Assembly: GCA_013239625.1 (NCBI GenBank)
Contig: MU054391.1
Coordinates: 2,757,130 to 2,821,129, forward strand
Source: Lama guanicoe
Lineage: Eukaryota
Direction of reading: 5' to 3'
Length of the DNA stretch: 64,000 nucleotides
Both the position numbers and the translations under genes were made by a program. Under the pieces are notes generated by a model. It did not search any database and was not told the origin of the DNA. It saw nothing but the letters and a program-made list of their open reading frames with translations. Below, piece by piece: positions 50,198 to 61,765 of the stretch. The first letter of the stretch is position 1. Each line of letters begins with the position of its first letter.

Positions 50198-52958
50198 TGC
50201 ACCACCACGTACCTTGCAATGAGCAGGGCACCTGGGGACCAAATAGGACACAGCTGTCCTGATCTTAAAGAGATTAGCATCTGGAAGGAAAATGTCTTCC
50301 CAGTAACTATAAAGCTTTTCTGAAGTCCTAAATTCAAGATATCAAAACTCAGAAGCAGGAGATGTAAAGACGGTATTTCAGCCGACCTTAAGGGCTATCT
50401 TGGCTTTTAACAGAGAACGATGCAGGCGAGAGGAAGAGAGCGCGAAGGGAAAAAGAGGTCATGTCTAAAAATGACATTTAAAGATGGCTACTAAAGTTGG
50501 GAGATTTTAGAAAAATGTGATGATTGTAAAAATCCCCTAAATTGGCTTTAATTTTGACCATACACCTTCGTACTTCCTTAATTTGCTATGAGGGGTATTT
50601 ACTTTTAAAAACTTGCCCTACTTTAAACACAAAGAGAAAAACGTACATATCGAAGAAATAAATGTAACCAGTTTTTGTGCACTGAGGAAAACAAGATGTG
50701 TTGATATTTTGATCAAATTATTAAGAAAGCAAACTCTAAAAACTGGATATTTTACTCACAGACACACTCACAGGCATGACTCAAAACCTTGACTAAACCT
50801 CACGGGAAGGTCACCTCCTGTTCCCTGCTTTTCAAGCATGAATCTGCAAGACAAGTGTGTGTCCCGGAATCCACCTTCTGATCTCATCCAGATGATTTAT
50901 TCAACACTGACCAGGGACTGGCTGTGAGCAGTTAGTCATCAGAGCATTGGGGTGCACAAAAGCAAAGTTGAGTTTCAATTCTCCATGTCATGAAATCTCC
51001 CAAGATTCAGTTTCCTTGGGGATTAAAAAAAAAAAAAGGGGAATTGAAGTAGATTTGCATTTGCAAAGAATATTTCTGAAAACATGGAGGGGTAGGGTTG
51101 CAAGGAAGCCATTGGGATTCCATGTACCCCACAGCCATCTCGGGGGCTCCTGACTGGGCAGCAAACTGCAGAAAAGAAGTCTGCTCACTCACTTACCAAG
51201 TTTATTTGGCCATATGACTTGTATTCGTATTAATACCCATGAAGATCAGAAGAAAGTTAACCTGAAAAATACTGGACCAAAAAATTTGTCCCTAAGTTTG
51301 TCTACTCATTCATATTTCCTCTGGGTAGAAAGATCACTGAAGGTTAGCATTTAAAACAAGAAGGAAATAATTTTCATGAAATCTTGGGCAATCCATCCCA
51401 GTCATGTTAAAGTCAGAAGCCAGCGAATGAGATCACGAAATGAAACACTCATTTCTCATTTTCCACGCTTAGCACCCAGTACAGTGCCAAACTCAATGTA
51501 AGGGTCTACTTATTTTTGAAAACCAATGATACTTTGAAAAATATAAGGAAGAAGATAAAGATCACATAGCAGCATCACAGAAAGCAAGAGAGTCTCAAAG
51601 ATGGAGAATTACATCTAATACCACAGAGACTGCAAGAAAAATGAAGATTAAGGAAAGATTGCTAAATTCAACAATTAAAAGCCTTTTTCATTCTCTTAAA
51701 AAAAGAAAAAAACACTGGACCAGATAATCTTGAAGGTCATTTTGAACTGAACAGTGTACGTTGACAGATCACAATTTAAAATCATGAAAGTAACCAGATC
51801 GCTCTCTATAAAAAAGTTCAGTCAGATGTTAAGCCCCTTCTCAGTGGATCCTGGTGTCTCCAAATCCTGGCCTGAAGAAGGGAGGGTCGATCCAACCGCC
51901 CGCAGGATGGAGAAAAGTGTCCACCGGATGTGAATGGGAGAGCCCACGCTGTTCCAGAAGGTTGGTTCTTTCTCAGTTAGTGGATTGTTCTCATGAAAGA
52001 GGCAGAAACCCGGGCTCTGTGTTGCCTGGTCTAATTTTGAAGAGAAGGCTGCAATTTGGATATTTATGTAAAAGCTGTCTACTTAAAAACATTAACAAGT
52101 CATTAATGGAAATGACCCTCCGCGGTGGCGCTCACGCTGGCCCTGCCGCCACCGTGCACTGTGGCTGCCGTCTGTCTTACCAGCTGTGAGTCGAAGAACA
52201 GTGTCCTGCCTCCTGTGGCTTCAGGGTCTGCTCAGCGCCCCCGCTTCAGCTGTCCGCACCGCACCGTCCCGTCATCCCGTGTCTACCCAGCGCTCTGTGG
52301 CTTGTAACATGGCTTCTTAACCATTTGAGGAAATTCCTCAAGAGGTTGACTTTGGGTCCTGCCACAGATTGAGGGAGGAGCTAGAATTGCTTGCAAAGGG
52401 GCCTAGGACCTGCATATTTAATGAGCTCCCCAGGGATTGCCAAGCCCCTCAACATTCAGAATCACCCCTTGACAGTGCCCTTCCACACTCACAGCAAAGG
52501 GGGGTGCTAGGGGCTCCACGACAGACTTCATCAGTCATCAGCTTCAATACTTTTCGCCTTACATCTGGGGAGACAAAGGCCTGAGAAGTGGAATTTACAA
52601 GCGAGATGTAAACAGTAGTTAGAGGCAGAAGCCCCTCTAAGACTTACCCCCAGGGCTGATCTTCATCTGTTGGTCTTTTGTTTTGCTCCATAAGGTGCTC
52701 AAAGCAGGCTGATGTTTCATTTACCATAGAATTGCCAGGCAGGGCGGGCTCAGCACAAGGGGTCTGGGGGATGACACCTGCTTTCCAACCACACCCCCAG
52801 GAAGGTGCTTTTAAACTAGAACATTTTCCTTCAGGATGCAAATCTTTTTTAAAAAATCACTAAAAGGGACAGAGGAGGTCAAAGTGCTTGATGAATAACA
52901 ACGCTTCTCATTTCAGGATGGTCCTGAGCTCATCTGCCGTGACCTTCAATCAAAGCAC

Positions 52959-53489
52959 TGTTGAAGCAAAGTGTGTTACAGCTCAGTTATAGCTCAGTTG
53001 TGACAACAACCTGGATCCGGGCGAGAGACCAAGCAGCACTCAGAGTTGGAGAACTCAGGTTTATTATGCCAGCGGGCCCAGAGGAGTTAACGCTCCAAGC
53101 TCTGGACCCCGTCTGTAGGTTTATACAGGCATTTATAGTTTACCAGTCTAGCCTTTGCAACATTTTGTAACATCATATGCAAATAAAGTATAACAAAGGT
53201 GACTAATTAGGAGCAAGCTTTGTAGAAACGGACCAATCAGAAGTGAGGGAAATGGACCAATCAGGAGTGAGCTCCTTGCAAATGAAGCACCACAAATGGA
53301 ACAATCAGGAGTGAGCTCAGGGAACCGATAAAATCTTGGGGGTAAGTTCCGCTTTCCTAGGAGTAAGCCGTTTCAAAGTTTAAAAAGCAAGATAATGCCC
53401 CTGGGCCAGGGAACCGGATGGTGCCGGCAGGAGAGTAGTGGCCCTGCCTGGGGGTCCTGCCTGTCTTTTTCATGGGGCTTCCCACCTCA
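52959..53489 (-). mobile_element. Solo ERV LTR (ERV1-type), 531 bp
   Basis: TG...CA ends with 4-bp TSD GCAC (52955, 53490). Minus-strand TATAAA and AATAAA near the left end; repeated CCAAT boxes. Confidence 0.9.
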
Positions 53490-54519
53490 GCACCACCTGG
53501 GAAGCAGGACTTGGCATCTGGGAAAAATCAGATGACCAAGAGGAACAACCATCTTCTGAGGAGACACCGGTTCACCTGTAGCTCCGCCCGTAAGAGTCGG
53601 CACGACTCCAGTGAAGGGTGACGTGTGAGCTAAGGCGGACCCGGAACACCCATCCCGTTCAGTGTTCAGATGACCTGAGGCACGTTTGCCACCTTCACCC
53701 CAGAGGCTGGAGAGCTGGACCAGTGTCAGCATCCTGCTGTCACTGACTCAGACCAGAAACAGTCATGGGAGGTCGTGCCTTGGTCTCAATGAGGCTTCCA
53801 CCGAATTTCATCCTGATCATTTTATACAGTGCACACTGTCCCTTCAAACTGAGGAAACTGAGGCTGGAAGCCAGTGAGCCGTCCAAGCTCACCTACCTGG
53901 TCACTGGGTGAGCAGACCCGCACCTCCGCACAGCAGCCCCCTGCCTTGCTTAGCCCCACGCTGAGCTTCATTCAAATTAAAAAAAGTTCCCAGAGAGTTC
54001 TCCAACCAATCTTTCTTTCTTAGATAAAGGACAGTGATATGTGATAAAATAAAATCGTATCTTTTTCGGTGAGTGGAGTGCTCTGTGAGTCTAATACAAC
54101 TCTTCAAAAAGAATTTTTAAAAAAGTAAAAACATCTAAAATAGAGTGGACTCATTCCTTCGATTAACATTAAAACACGTGATTCCCAAACACAATGCAGA
54201 CCTCAGCTTCTCTGACGCACACAGTCCGAGGTACGCCGCGTCGTAGTCAGGAATGACCCGAACCGTCTGGAGAACCCCGCCCCCCAGCAATCGACCCAGA
54301 AGCTCCCAAGTGCAAATGAGCTGCAAACTGAAAATATCCCGCCAAAACTGGCATGCATTTCTTGCCAGAGAAGAAACTCTTGGGTTCGCAAATGGCATTT
54401 ACAACCGTGCTTGCCTGGGGCTTGGGCCATATACGCATGATTTCCCCAGGATCGCTAAGAAAGCATTTATTACATATCTGAGTGTAAATCCCTGCAGTTT
54501 TTACCCACAGTCAACATTC

Positions 54520-54760
54520 AGGTGGCCAGAGCCAGCGGCGGGCTGGAAGACCGTATTTCCTGCAGCGGAGGTTAACACCGGCGTGCGCGGTGCCGCCGGG
54601 CAGCCCTGGGCGCGCAGTTCACCGTCGCCGCATCCAGGCGCCAGGACCCCCGGCCCCGGGCGCAGCGCGGGCGGAGCCGGCGGCAGGCTGACGATCAGAC
54701 ACACGGAGAGGAGGCTGGTCGTGAACATTCTAGCCAGCTCGCAAGTCGGCTTCCTTTACC
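54520..54760. promoter_or_regulatory. CpG island (orphan promoter or enhancer)
   Basis: Dense CpG with a GGGCGG box at ~54668; no linked coding exon found. Confidence 0.7.
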
Positions 54761-55469
54761 AGACGACACATCCTCTCTCTCGATTTTTCACCGTCCTACA
54801 CGGAGACCTTCTGAAAACGCGTTCTTAATGAGTTTATTTTCACATACGGTCTCTGCAGCTACTCGGACAAAAGGGGTATGTCTTGGCTTGTTTAAACAGT
54901 CTTCAACGCACGTGAAAAAAAAAAAATCACACAAAGCAAGGGATTACCGGCAAAACCTTTACAGTCAGGAGGGGGAAAAGCCTGAGCTGACCTGGATTTC
55001 TTTTCGCTCCATAAATTTAATGCAGCTCAAGCAACCGCCAGCGAGCGCCCTGGGCAGGCGCACAGGTCTCTCAGACAGCCTCCCCCAGCCCATGTGAGAT
55101 GGCGACCACTCACCCTCTCCTTCTGCCCAGACGATTCTTGGTTTCTTTGATGTTCTCTGATGACTGGATCGTGTTCTCTGCTGAATAACTGTCATGCTTT
55201 TGTATTTGTTCTAACTTGCTCCGATTGGGAGCATCAGTATAAACCACCATAAACTACCATGTAGGTAAGAGAGATGCAGTTGTTTGTGTTACTTACTTGC
55301 ATCACAGTAACTGGTGAGAGTAACTGAGGGCACTGAAAGGGTGGTTAAATGTCATCTCCTCCAAAGGCATCCGTTTACAGGACCCAGGAGGAAAAGCTCT
55401 GTCCAGGACTCAGCTCCCCTGACCCCTCGCCCAGTCATCTTCCCTCCGAGGCAGCAGAGTCTATATCGT

Positions 55470-55590
55470 GTAGCAGAATCTCCAGGAGGGCTTGGTCACT
55501 ACCTGGATGTCTGGGTCCCACCACAGACATTCTTTTTCTGCAGGCTGTGGTGGATCCAGGAGTTCGCATCTTAAACAAGCTTTGCTTCTA
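55470..55590. mobile_element. MER5A-like hAT remnant
   Basis: cagaatctccaggagggcttg...gggtcccacc...gcatcttaaacaagct. Confidence 0.6.
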
Positions 55591-55721
55591 ACTCAAGAGG
55601 TCTTTGACACACATCAAAGTCTAGACACACACATTGCTTTCCAGTTAACTATAGCTCTTTTTCAATAAATATTCTCTTGTTCTTATAATCAACCTAGGAA
55701 ATGCTATGAATTTTCTAAGAT

Positions 55722-56320
55722 CTTTTTATAATTTTTATTGTTGAAAAAATTGATATAGATCATAAAATTCACTGTTTTTAAGTCTCCAATTTATTGGCAT
55801 CAATCCCATTCACAATATTGTACAACCATCGTCATTACCTGTTTCAGTACTTTTTCATCACCCACCAACAGGAACTTTGTCCTCATTAAGCGATAACTCC
55901 CCATGCCCCCTCCATCCGGCCCCTGTAACCACTAATATAATTTTTGTCTCTATGAATTTGCCTATGGTAGATATTCCAATGGAATAATTCAAGATTTGTC
56001 CTTTGGTGTCTGGACTTTTTCACTTAGCACAATGTTTTCCTGATGCTGTAGCATGTATCAGAACTTCAGTCCTTTTTATGACTGAATAATATTCCATTGT
56101 ATGACTTGACCACATTTTTTATTCATTAATTTGTCAATGGGTACTTAGTTTGCTACCATCTTTTGACTATTGTAAATAATACTGCTGTGAACATTTGCAT
56201 ATTAGTATATGTTTGAGTCCCTAGTTTTAATTCTTCTTTTGTGTATGGACCTAGGAGTAAAATTGCTGGATCATATGGTAATTCTGTTTCACTTTTTGAG
56301 GAACCTCCAAACTGCTTTCC
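55722..56320 (-). mobile_element. L1MB-type 3' end
   Basis: cataaaattcac...gtctctatgaatttgcctat...ttgctggatcatatggtaattct...tttttgaggaacctccaaactg. Confidence 0.9.
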
Positions 56321-58077
56321 CCTGAGCGTGTCCTTTTACAGATCTGAGCCCACACCATGGTGTGGTGGTGGTATAATGCATATTTATTAAATGAGTGGAT
56401 ATGGGTTCATTCCTCTTCATTTTATTTATTAATATCTAAACACATTCTACAAAGACTTGAACTGACTTTCAAGAACATATAAGATCAAGCAGATAAATAT
56501 AAACACAAATCACGTGCTGTGATGATTTGACTGGAAGATAAAATTTCTATCTGTAGCCCCGGGAACCTATACAATCTGATTCTGAGTTTCCTGGCAACCA
56601 CTGAGAAAAGGGACATAGAACTGACTACACTAGCAGTTCTCTAGTAAGCTACTCAGCTCTTTCCTCTGACAGGTAAGTTTCAAATGGCCTGGATCCTAAT
56701 CTGAGCAGCTTTGGTGGAAGTGCCAACAATGCGCTCAGACCACACAACCTACTTGCTTCCTAGCCCAACACTCAGGAGCCTCTGGAGTAATTGCGCAGCA
56801 CACAGGGTCCCCCAGCTGGGAAACCAGTGCGCTATCAAAGCCTCATTGTCCACAAAGTTAAAATTTATTGGCGTTTAGGGATGAAAGGAGCATCTCAAGC
56901 TTGGCTCTGAAGTCGGAAGGGCTGGGGTGGCCATGCAGACGTCCGCCGCAGACGGGCATCTCACCGGCACCTCCACGGTCACGTTTTCACTGGCTTCTCA
57001 GGGCGCTTTCTGAAGTCCTTCAGTTTAAACCAAACGCTTGTCGCTGTGGACCAAACCTCACTACAGCGTGGATCAGGGCTGAAGTGGCTTTTTTTTTTTG
57101 GTCTGGTTTAATTGAGGTTTGAAACTTAGATTGTCCAGATAGACTGTCCTTCAAGAAAATGTCTAGTTTGGAGGTCCTGACTGACACAGGAAAAACAACT
57201 GGCTGACCTACATGCAAACTTTTAATTCTATGTGCAGAAAATACATCTCTGCTTCAAGCCCGTCTGCTGTACTTATCGGAATGAGTGTGAAGGCTAAAGA
57301 AAGCCATCGGATAGCTGCACACAATTTTGAAATCAATGTTGTGTGTAAATATTGGATTAGGAAACAGCTTTACATTTTTTTGAATCATTGCCAAAATTTG
57401 ATTGTAGAGATTTGTATTTTGAAAAAAATCAGGATTTTTGTCTCTTTTTTTTTTTTACCTGGAAGTTGCTGCAATGCTGCATTCATTCCCCATGATAGTT
57501 TCGTGGGAGGGAAGGGCAGCGGATCTCACTGCTCATAATCTCCACATCACCATTGCTGCCATCTCTACATTTTCCCTCCCTGCGTGTTTCTTACTGCCAA
57601 GGGTTTGTGGGGTCCCTAGTTACTGAAACAAAGAGAGACGTCTAAAGGAAAAACGCTTTTCTCTAAGTATGGGGCATTTGAGTTTTTATTTGTCCAATCA
57701 CTCCTCTAAGACAATTGAAGGCTCAGAACATGGGCCCCTCACCTAAATCTCTGTGCAGACGCCCAGCAGCTGAGAACCCCTGGGAAGAAGCCATCGCCAA
57801 GGCTCCCACCTGCTCATCTGGCCGAAACTTCAGCCATGGAGGCAAGGGCAAGGAGAAGGGGACAGGGAGGGGCAATGAGGAAGGCTCAGCCCCTACCACA
57901 TGTGAGAAGGTGGTGACAGGGCTGGGGGCCCAGGGTGGACAAATCTCTTCTGCCAGGAAATCTGTCCACAGCAGCTTCTCAAACAGAAACATAGAGGGCG
58001 TTATCAAAGCCACTGCAGCCTAGACTTTGCCTGGAACTCACCATAACTGAAGCCTGCTGGTGGGGCATTGGTGTGTG

Positions 58078-58084
58078 CACACAC

Positions 58085-58128
<44 letters not shown>
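58078..58128. repeat. (CA)n microsatellite
   Basis: Directly visible. Confidence 0.95.
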
Positions 58129-58130
<2 letters not shown>

Positions 58131-58469
58131 GTCAGGAAGATGCAAAGGGGGAGACGAACGTGGGGGCAACTGTTAGCCTGTAAGCTCCATGAAGGCGCGA
58201 TCGTGTCTCACAATCTCAAATTCCAGCCCAGGCTGCGGCCCGCTAAGCGTTCGTGGAGCTGAACTAAATCACAAGTATGGAAGCTGCTCCTACAATTAAA
58301 TAAGAGTGTGAACATCCTGAAATGTCAAAGGGAAAACTGGGTGGAAGGACGGGGAGCCCTGAGGGCCACAGGAGCAGGCAGCAGCAGGTCAGAAAGATGG
58401 CAGCCTCCTCCGTCTGCGCGTCACTGGGGGGCGGTAGGCGGGGGCAAACCGGGAGGTCGGGGTTTTCAG

Positions 58470-58672
58470 ACACTAACTACGAAACGTGACATGGATAAAC
58501 GACAAGTTTCTTCTGTACAGCACAGGTAACTGTATTAAATATCTTGTAGTGACTTATAATGAAAAAGAATACGAAAAGGAATATATGTATGTACACGTAT
58601 GACTGAAACACTGTGCTGTGCACCAGAAACTGACACAACACGTAAACAGACTGTACTCCAATTAAAAAAAAA
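58470..58672 (+). mobile_element. L1 3' end fragment
   Basis: ttcttctgtacagcacaggtaact...caccagaaactgacaca plus A tail; same subfamily as 20590. Confidence 0.88.
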
Positions 58673-59208
58673 CCTGTTAGACGGCTAAAACAAACAAAAA
58701 AGGACACGACTTTCCTATTGAATTTAAACCCAGATCCAGGTGACTCCAGATTTATGTTCTGAACCTTGCAATAAACAGTTCCCTTGGTTTTCTGTGCAAG
58801 AATTATTCTGCAACAAAACATTGCCATTTTTCAGACAGTGACTGAGGCCAGAATTTGCGTCTCTGCCAGCAAAGTGGGGTGACGAGGGGAAGCAGTTAGG
58901 AGTGAAATTAACAGACTGTCAAAGTGAAAGCATTACCTCGGGAGCTCGGGGAGGTCAGGGCGCACTCACTCGGCGGATGGAGGCCCGTGCCCTCGGGAAG
59001 CACGGGACAAGGACTCCGTGCGAGCGCTACCCGCACACCCAGCCCCGTGCTGAGAAGCGACGGGCCAGACCTCTCCCCGGGCTTTGGGTACTGAAATAGT
59101 CTATCCGAAGTGTCAGGGAAAGATTCAGTCCTAAAAACCGCTGTTAATTATGGAGAATTTTGCTTGATGTGGCTAATTTTTTGTGCACAGATATTTGGTG
59201 TCCTTACC

Positions 59209-59693
59209 TTTTTTTTTTAGCATTTTTTATTGATTTATAATCATTTTACAATGTTGTGTCAAATTCCAGTGTACAGTACAATTTTTCAGTTATACATGAA
59301 CATGTATATATTCATTGTCACATTTTTCTCTGTGAGCTACCGTAAGATCTTGTGTATATTTCCCTGTGCTGTTCAGTATAATCTTGTTTATCTATTCTAC
59401 AATTTTGAAATCCCAGTCTATCCCTTCCCACCCTCCACCCCTTTGGCAACCACAAGTTTGTAGTCTATGTCTGTGAATCTATTTCTGTTTTGTATTTATG
59501 CTTTGTTTGTTTGTTTGTTTTAGATTCCACATATAAGCGATCTCATACAGTATTTTTCCTTCTCTTTCTGGCTTACTTCACTTAGAATGACATTCTCCAG
59601 GAGCATCCATGTTGCTGCAAATGGCGTTATGTTGTCAGTTTTTATAGCTGAGTAGTATTCCATTGTATAAATATACCACATCTTCTTTATCCA
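59209..59693 (-). mobile_element. Younger truncated L1 with TSD
   Basis: Poly-T, 3'UTR and ORF2 end, flanked by gtccttacctttt (59200) and gtccttatctttt (59694). Confidence 0.92.
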
Positions 59694-61525
59694 GTCCTTA
59701 TCTTTTAGGTAATGTGTTTACCCTTTTCCAAAACCTCACCAATATTCCTAATTGTAATACTTCAGAGGCAGGCTTCTATTAAAAGTGAAACTAGACAGGG
59801 TCCCAGGAAACCGCATTGTCCATCACAGCGCATCCCTGCCTTGCCTAACCTGCCCCCACCCTTTACCTGGTCTGCATGGTGAGGGGGTGCACACGGCACA
59901 GCCAAGCCCGCCATCCAGCTTCAGTCACCTCCTCCCCATAGCTCTGTGATGCGGTGAGGAACTCACAGAAGTGAAGTCACTTTGGAGAGCTCAGACCACT
60001 GCTCAAATGCACCCTTGCTTTCTGAGAAGGCGGATGCATTGGCGCATCAGCAGTGATTGTAACTCGTCTCAGGACCCTCAGAAGAACCTTGTGAATGATA
60101 TGGCCTCAGTGAGGGGCCTGGGGCACCCACTGCAGTGGTCCCCCAGCTCCCATCTCAGGGGACCTGGCCCAGCACAAGGGCAACGGGGTGACGCAGGACC
60201 CCTGACCTGCTGGGCAGCTGTGACAGAGGCTTGTCCGCAGGCTTCACCTTCTCACACAACCCCGACTTGCCTTTAGCTCCAGAAACATGTGAAATGCAAG
60301 GAAGGTAAGTTCTATGCAGATTCAGGAAAGGACCAGAGGATGCTGGAGCCTGGAGGTGTCTTGGAAGTGATGCGTCCCGGTCACCCCATGCTCACAGCCA
60401 ACAAGGAGATGGAAGCCTCGAGAAGCAGACTGACCAGTCAAGCCACTGTCCACACGCAGCCTCTACCTGGGGACTCTCTGAGAAATCCTCACTTTTGAAA
60501 TACTTCATTTTCTGGACTTTCCCAACAGCTCAAAAGACACTTTTCTAATTAGCATATTGTTAGCACACTGTTAGTACCTTTATCTCCAGCTTGGGAATGC
60601 ACCAGGGGCTGGATTCCTCAGTGGGCTCCTTGCATGTGTGCAGCGGGGCCCCGCGGGACAGGCTGGGGATGAGTGTGCCCCTTGGGGAGGGGTCGCAGGA
60701 AAAAGATGCCGGAGCCAAAGCCAGTGCCGGAAGGTGCGGCTCCTGTCCTGTCTCCACAGGAGAAGGGATGGAGGTGATGGGCAGTCATGGGGAAGGGGGC
60801 GCATAGCAAACCTTCCCAAAAACACAGCGATGAGAAAGGAGCCATTTAAAAAAATAACCTTTATTTACATGTATGTATTTATTTACTTCTCCTGCTTTTC
60901 ACTATGTACTCTAAGCTGCACCCTTGCCGGGCCTGGGACTGTGGAAAACTTCTCTCCCAACCGCCTGGCACAGATTTCAAGAGCACAGTCCTTAAAGAGC
61001 CAAGTTAAACAAAGAAAGGCGATCTGAACATGAATTTGCATGTGCGGAAATGCAAATTGCCATTCACTTGACTCCTTATCTGGGACCAACAGACCAGCCA
61101 ACTCTAGTTTGTTTTTACACTTTGGGGTCTAGCTGTGAGTGTGTGTGTGGGTGTACATATACAGATGATATTTAAAGTGGAGAGACAAAAAATCTTTTAA
61201 AATGTTGAAATCGGGCTCGTCATTTCCATATCCATTCTTAGAATTACACACACACACAGTGCTGTGTCCACAAGCTGGAGCAGAACACCGCTCAGAAATG
61301 GAAGTTGAATCCCTGTCAGAAGTCAGCAGTTAAAACAGATTTAGCTCAGTGATTTAAGACTCTTAAGGCACTGTGGTAACAGACCTGCACGTCTTAGCTA
61401 TAAGTTAATTAAGATGGATTGTATAAAACAAAAAAAGATTTTACTGTGAGGTCTTAAGTCTGAAATCTGGGAAATACATAATGTTGGCAATGAAAAGTAA
61501 TTGAATTCACCAAACTTAAAAAATT

Positions 61526-61545
61526 GTGTGTGTGTGTGTGTGTGT
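61526..61545. repeat. (TG)n microsatellite
   Basis: Directly visible. Confidence 0.9.
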
Positions 61546-61686
61546 TTGACGAGTCCGATTCAAATTTAACTTATCTTTTCTGTCTTGCCCTCAAGGCATA
61601 TGTTTCAGTTAAGTAAAAGAAAATGTCTTAAATATAAAGGCTTTGTGATTTCAACATTAAAGAATGTGTCTATTTAAGGGATTTAC

Positions 61687-61687
<1 letters not shown>

Positions 61688-61764
<77 letters not shown>
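61688..61764 (+). repeat. Uninterrupted 77-nt poly(A)
   Basis: Directly visible. Confidence 0.95.
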
Positions 61765-61765
<1 letters not shown>

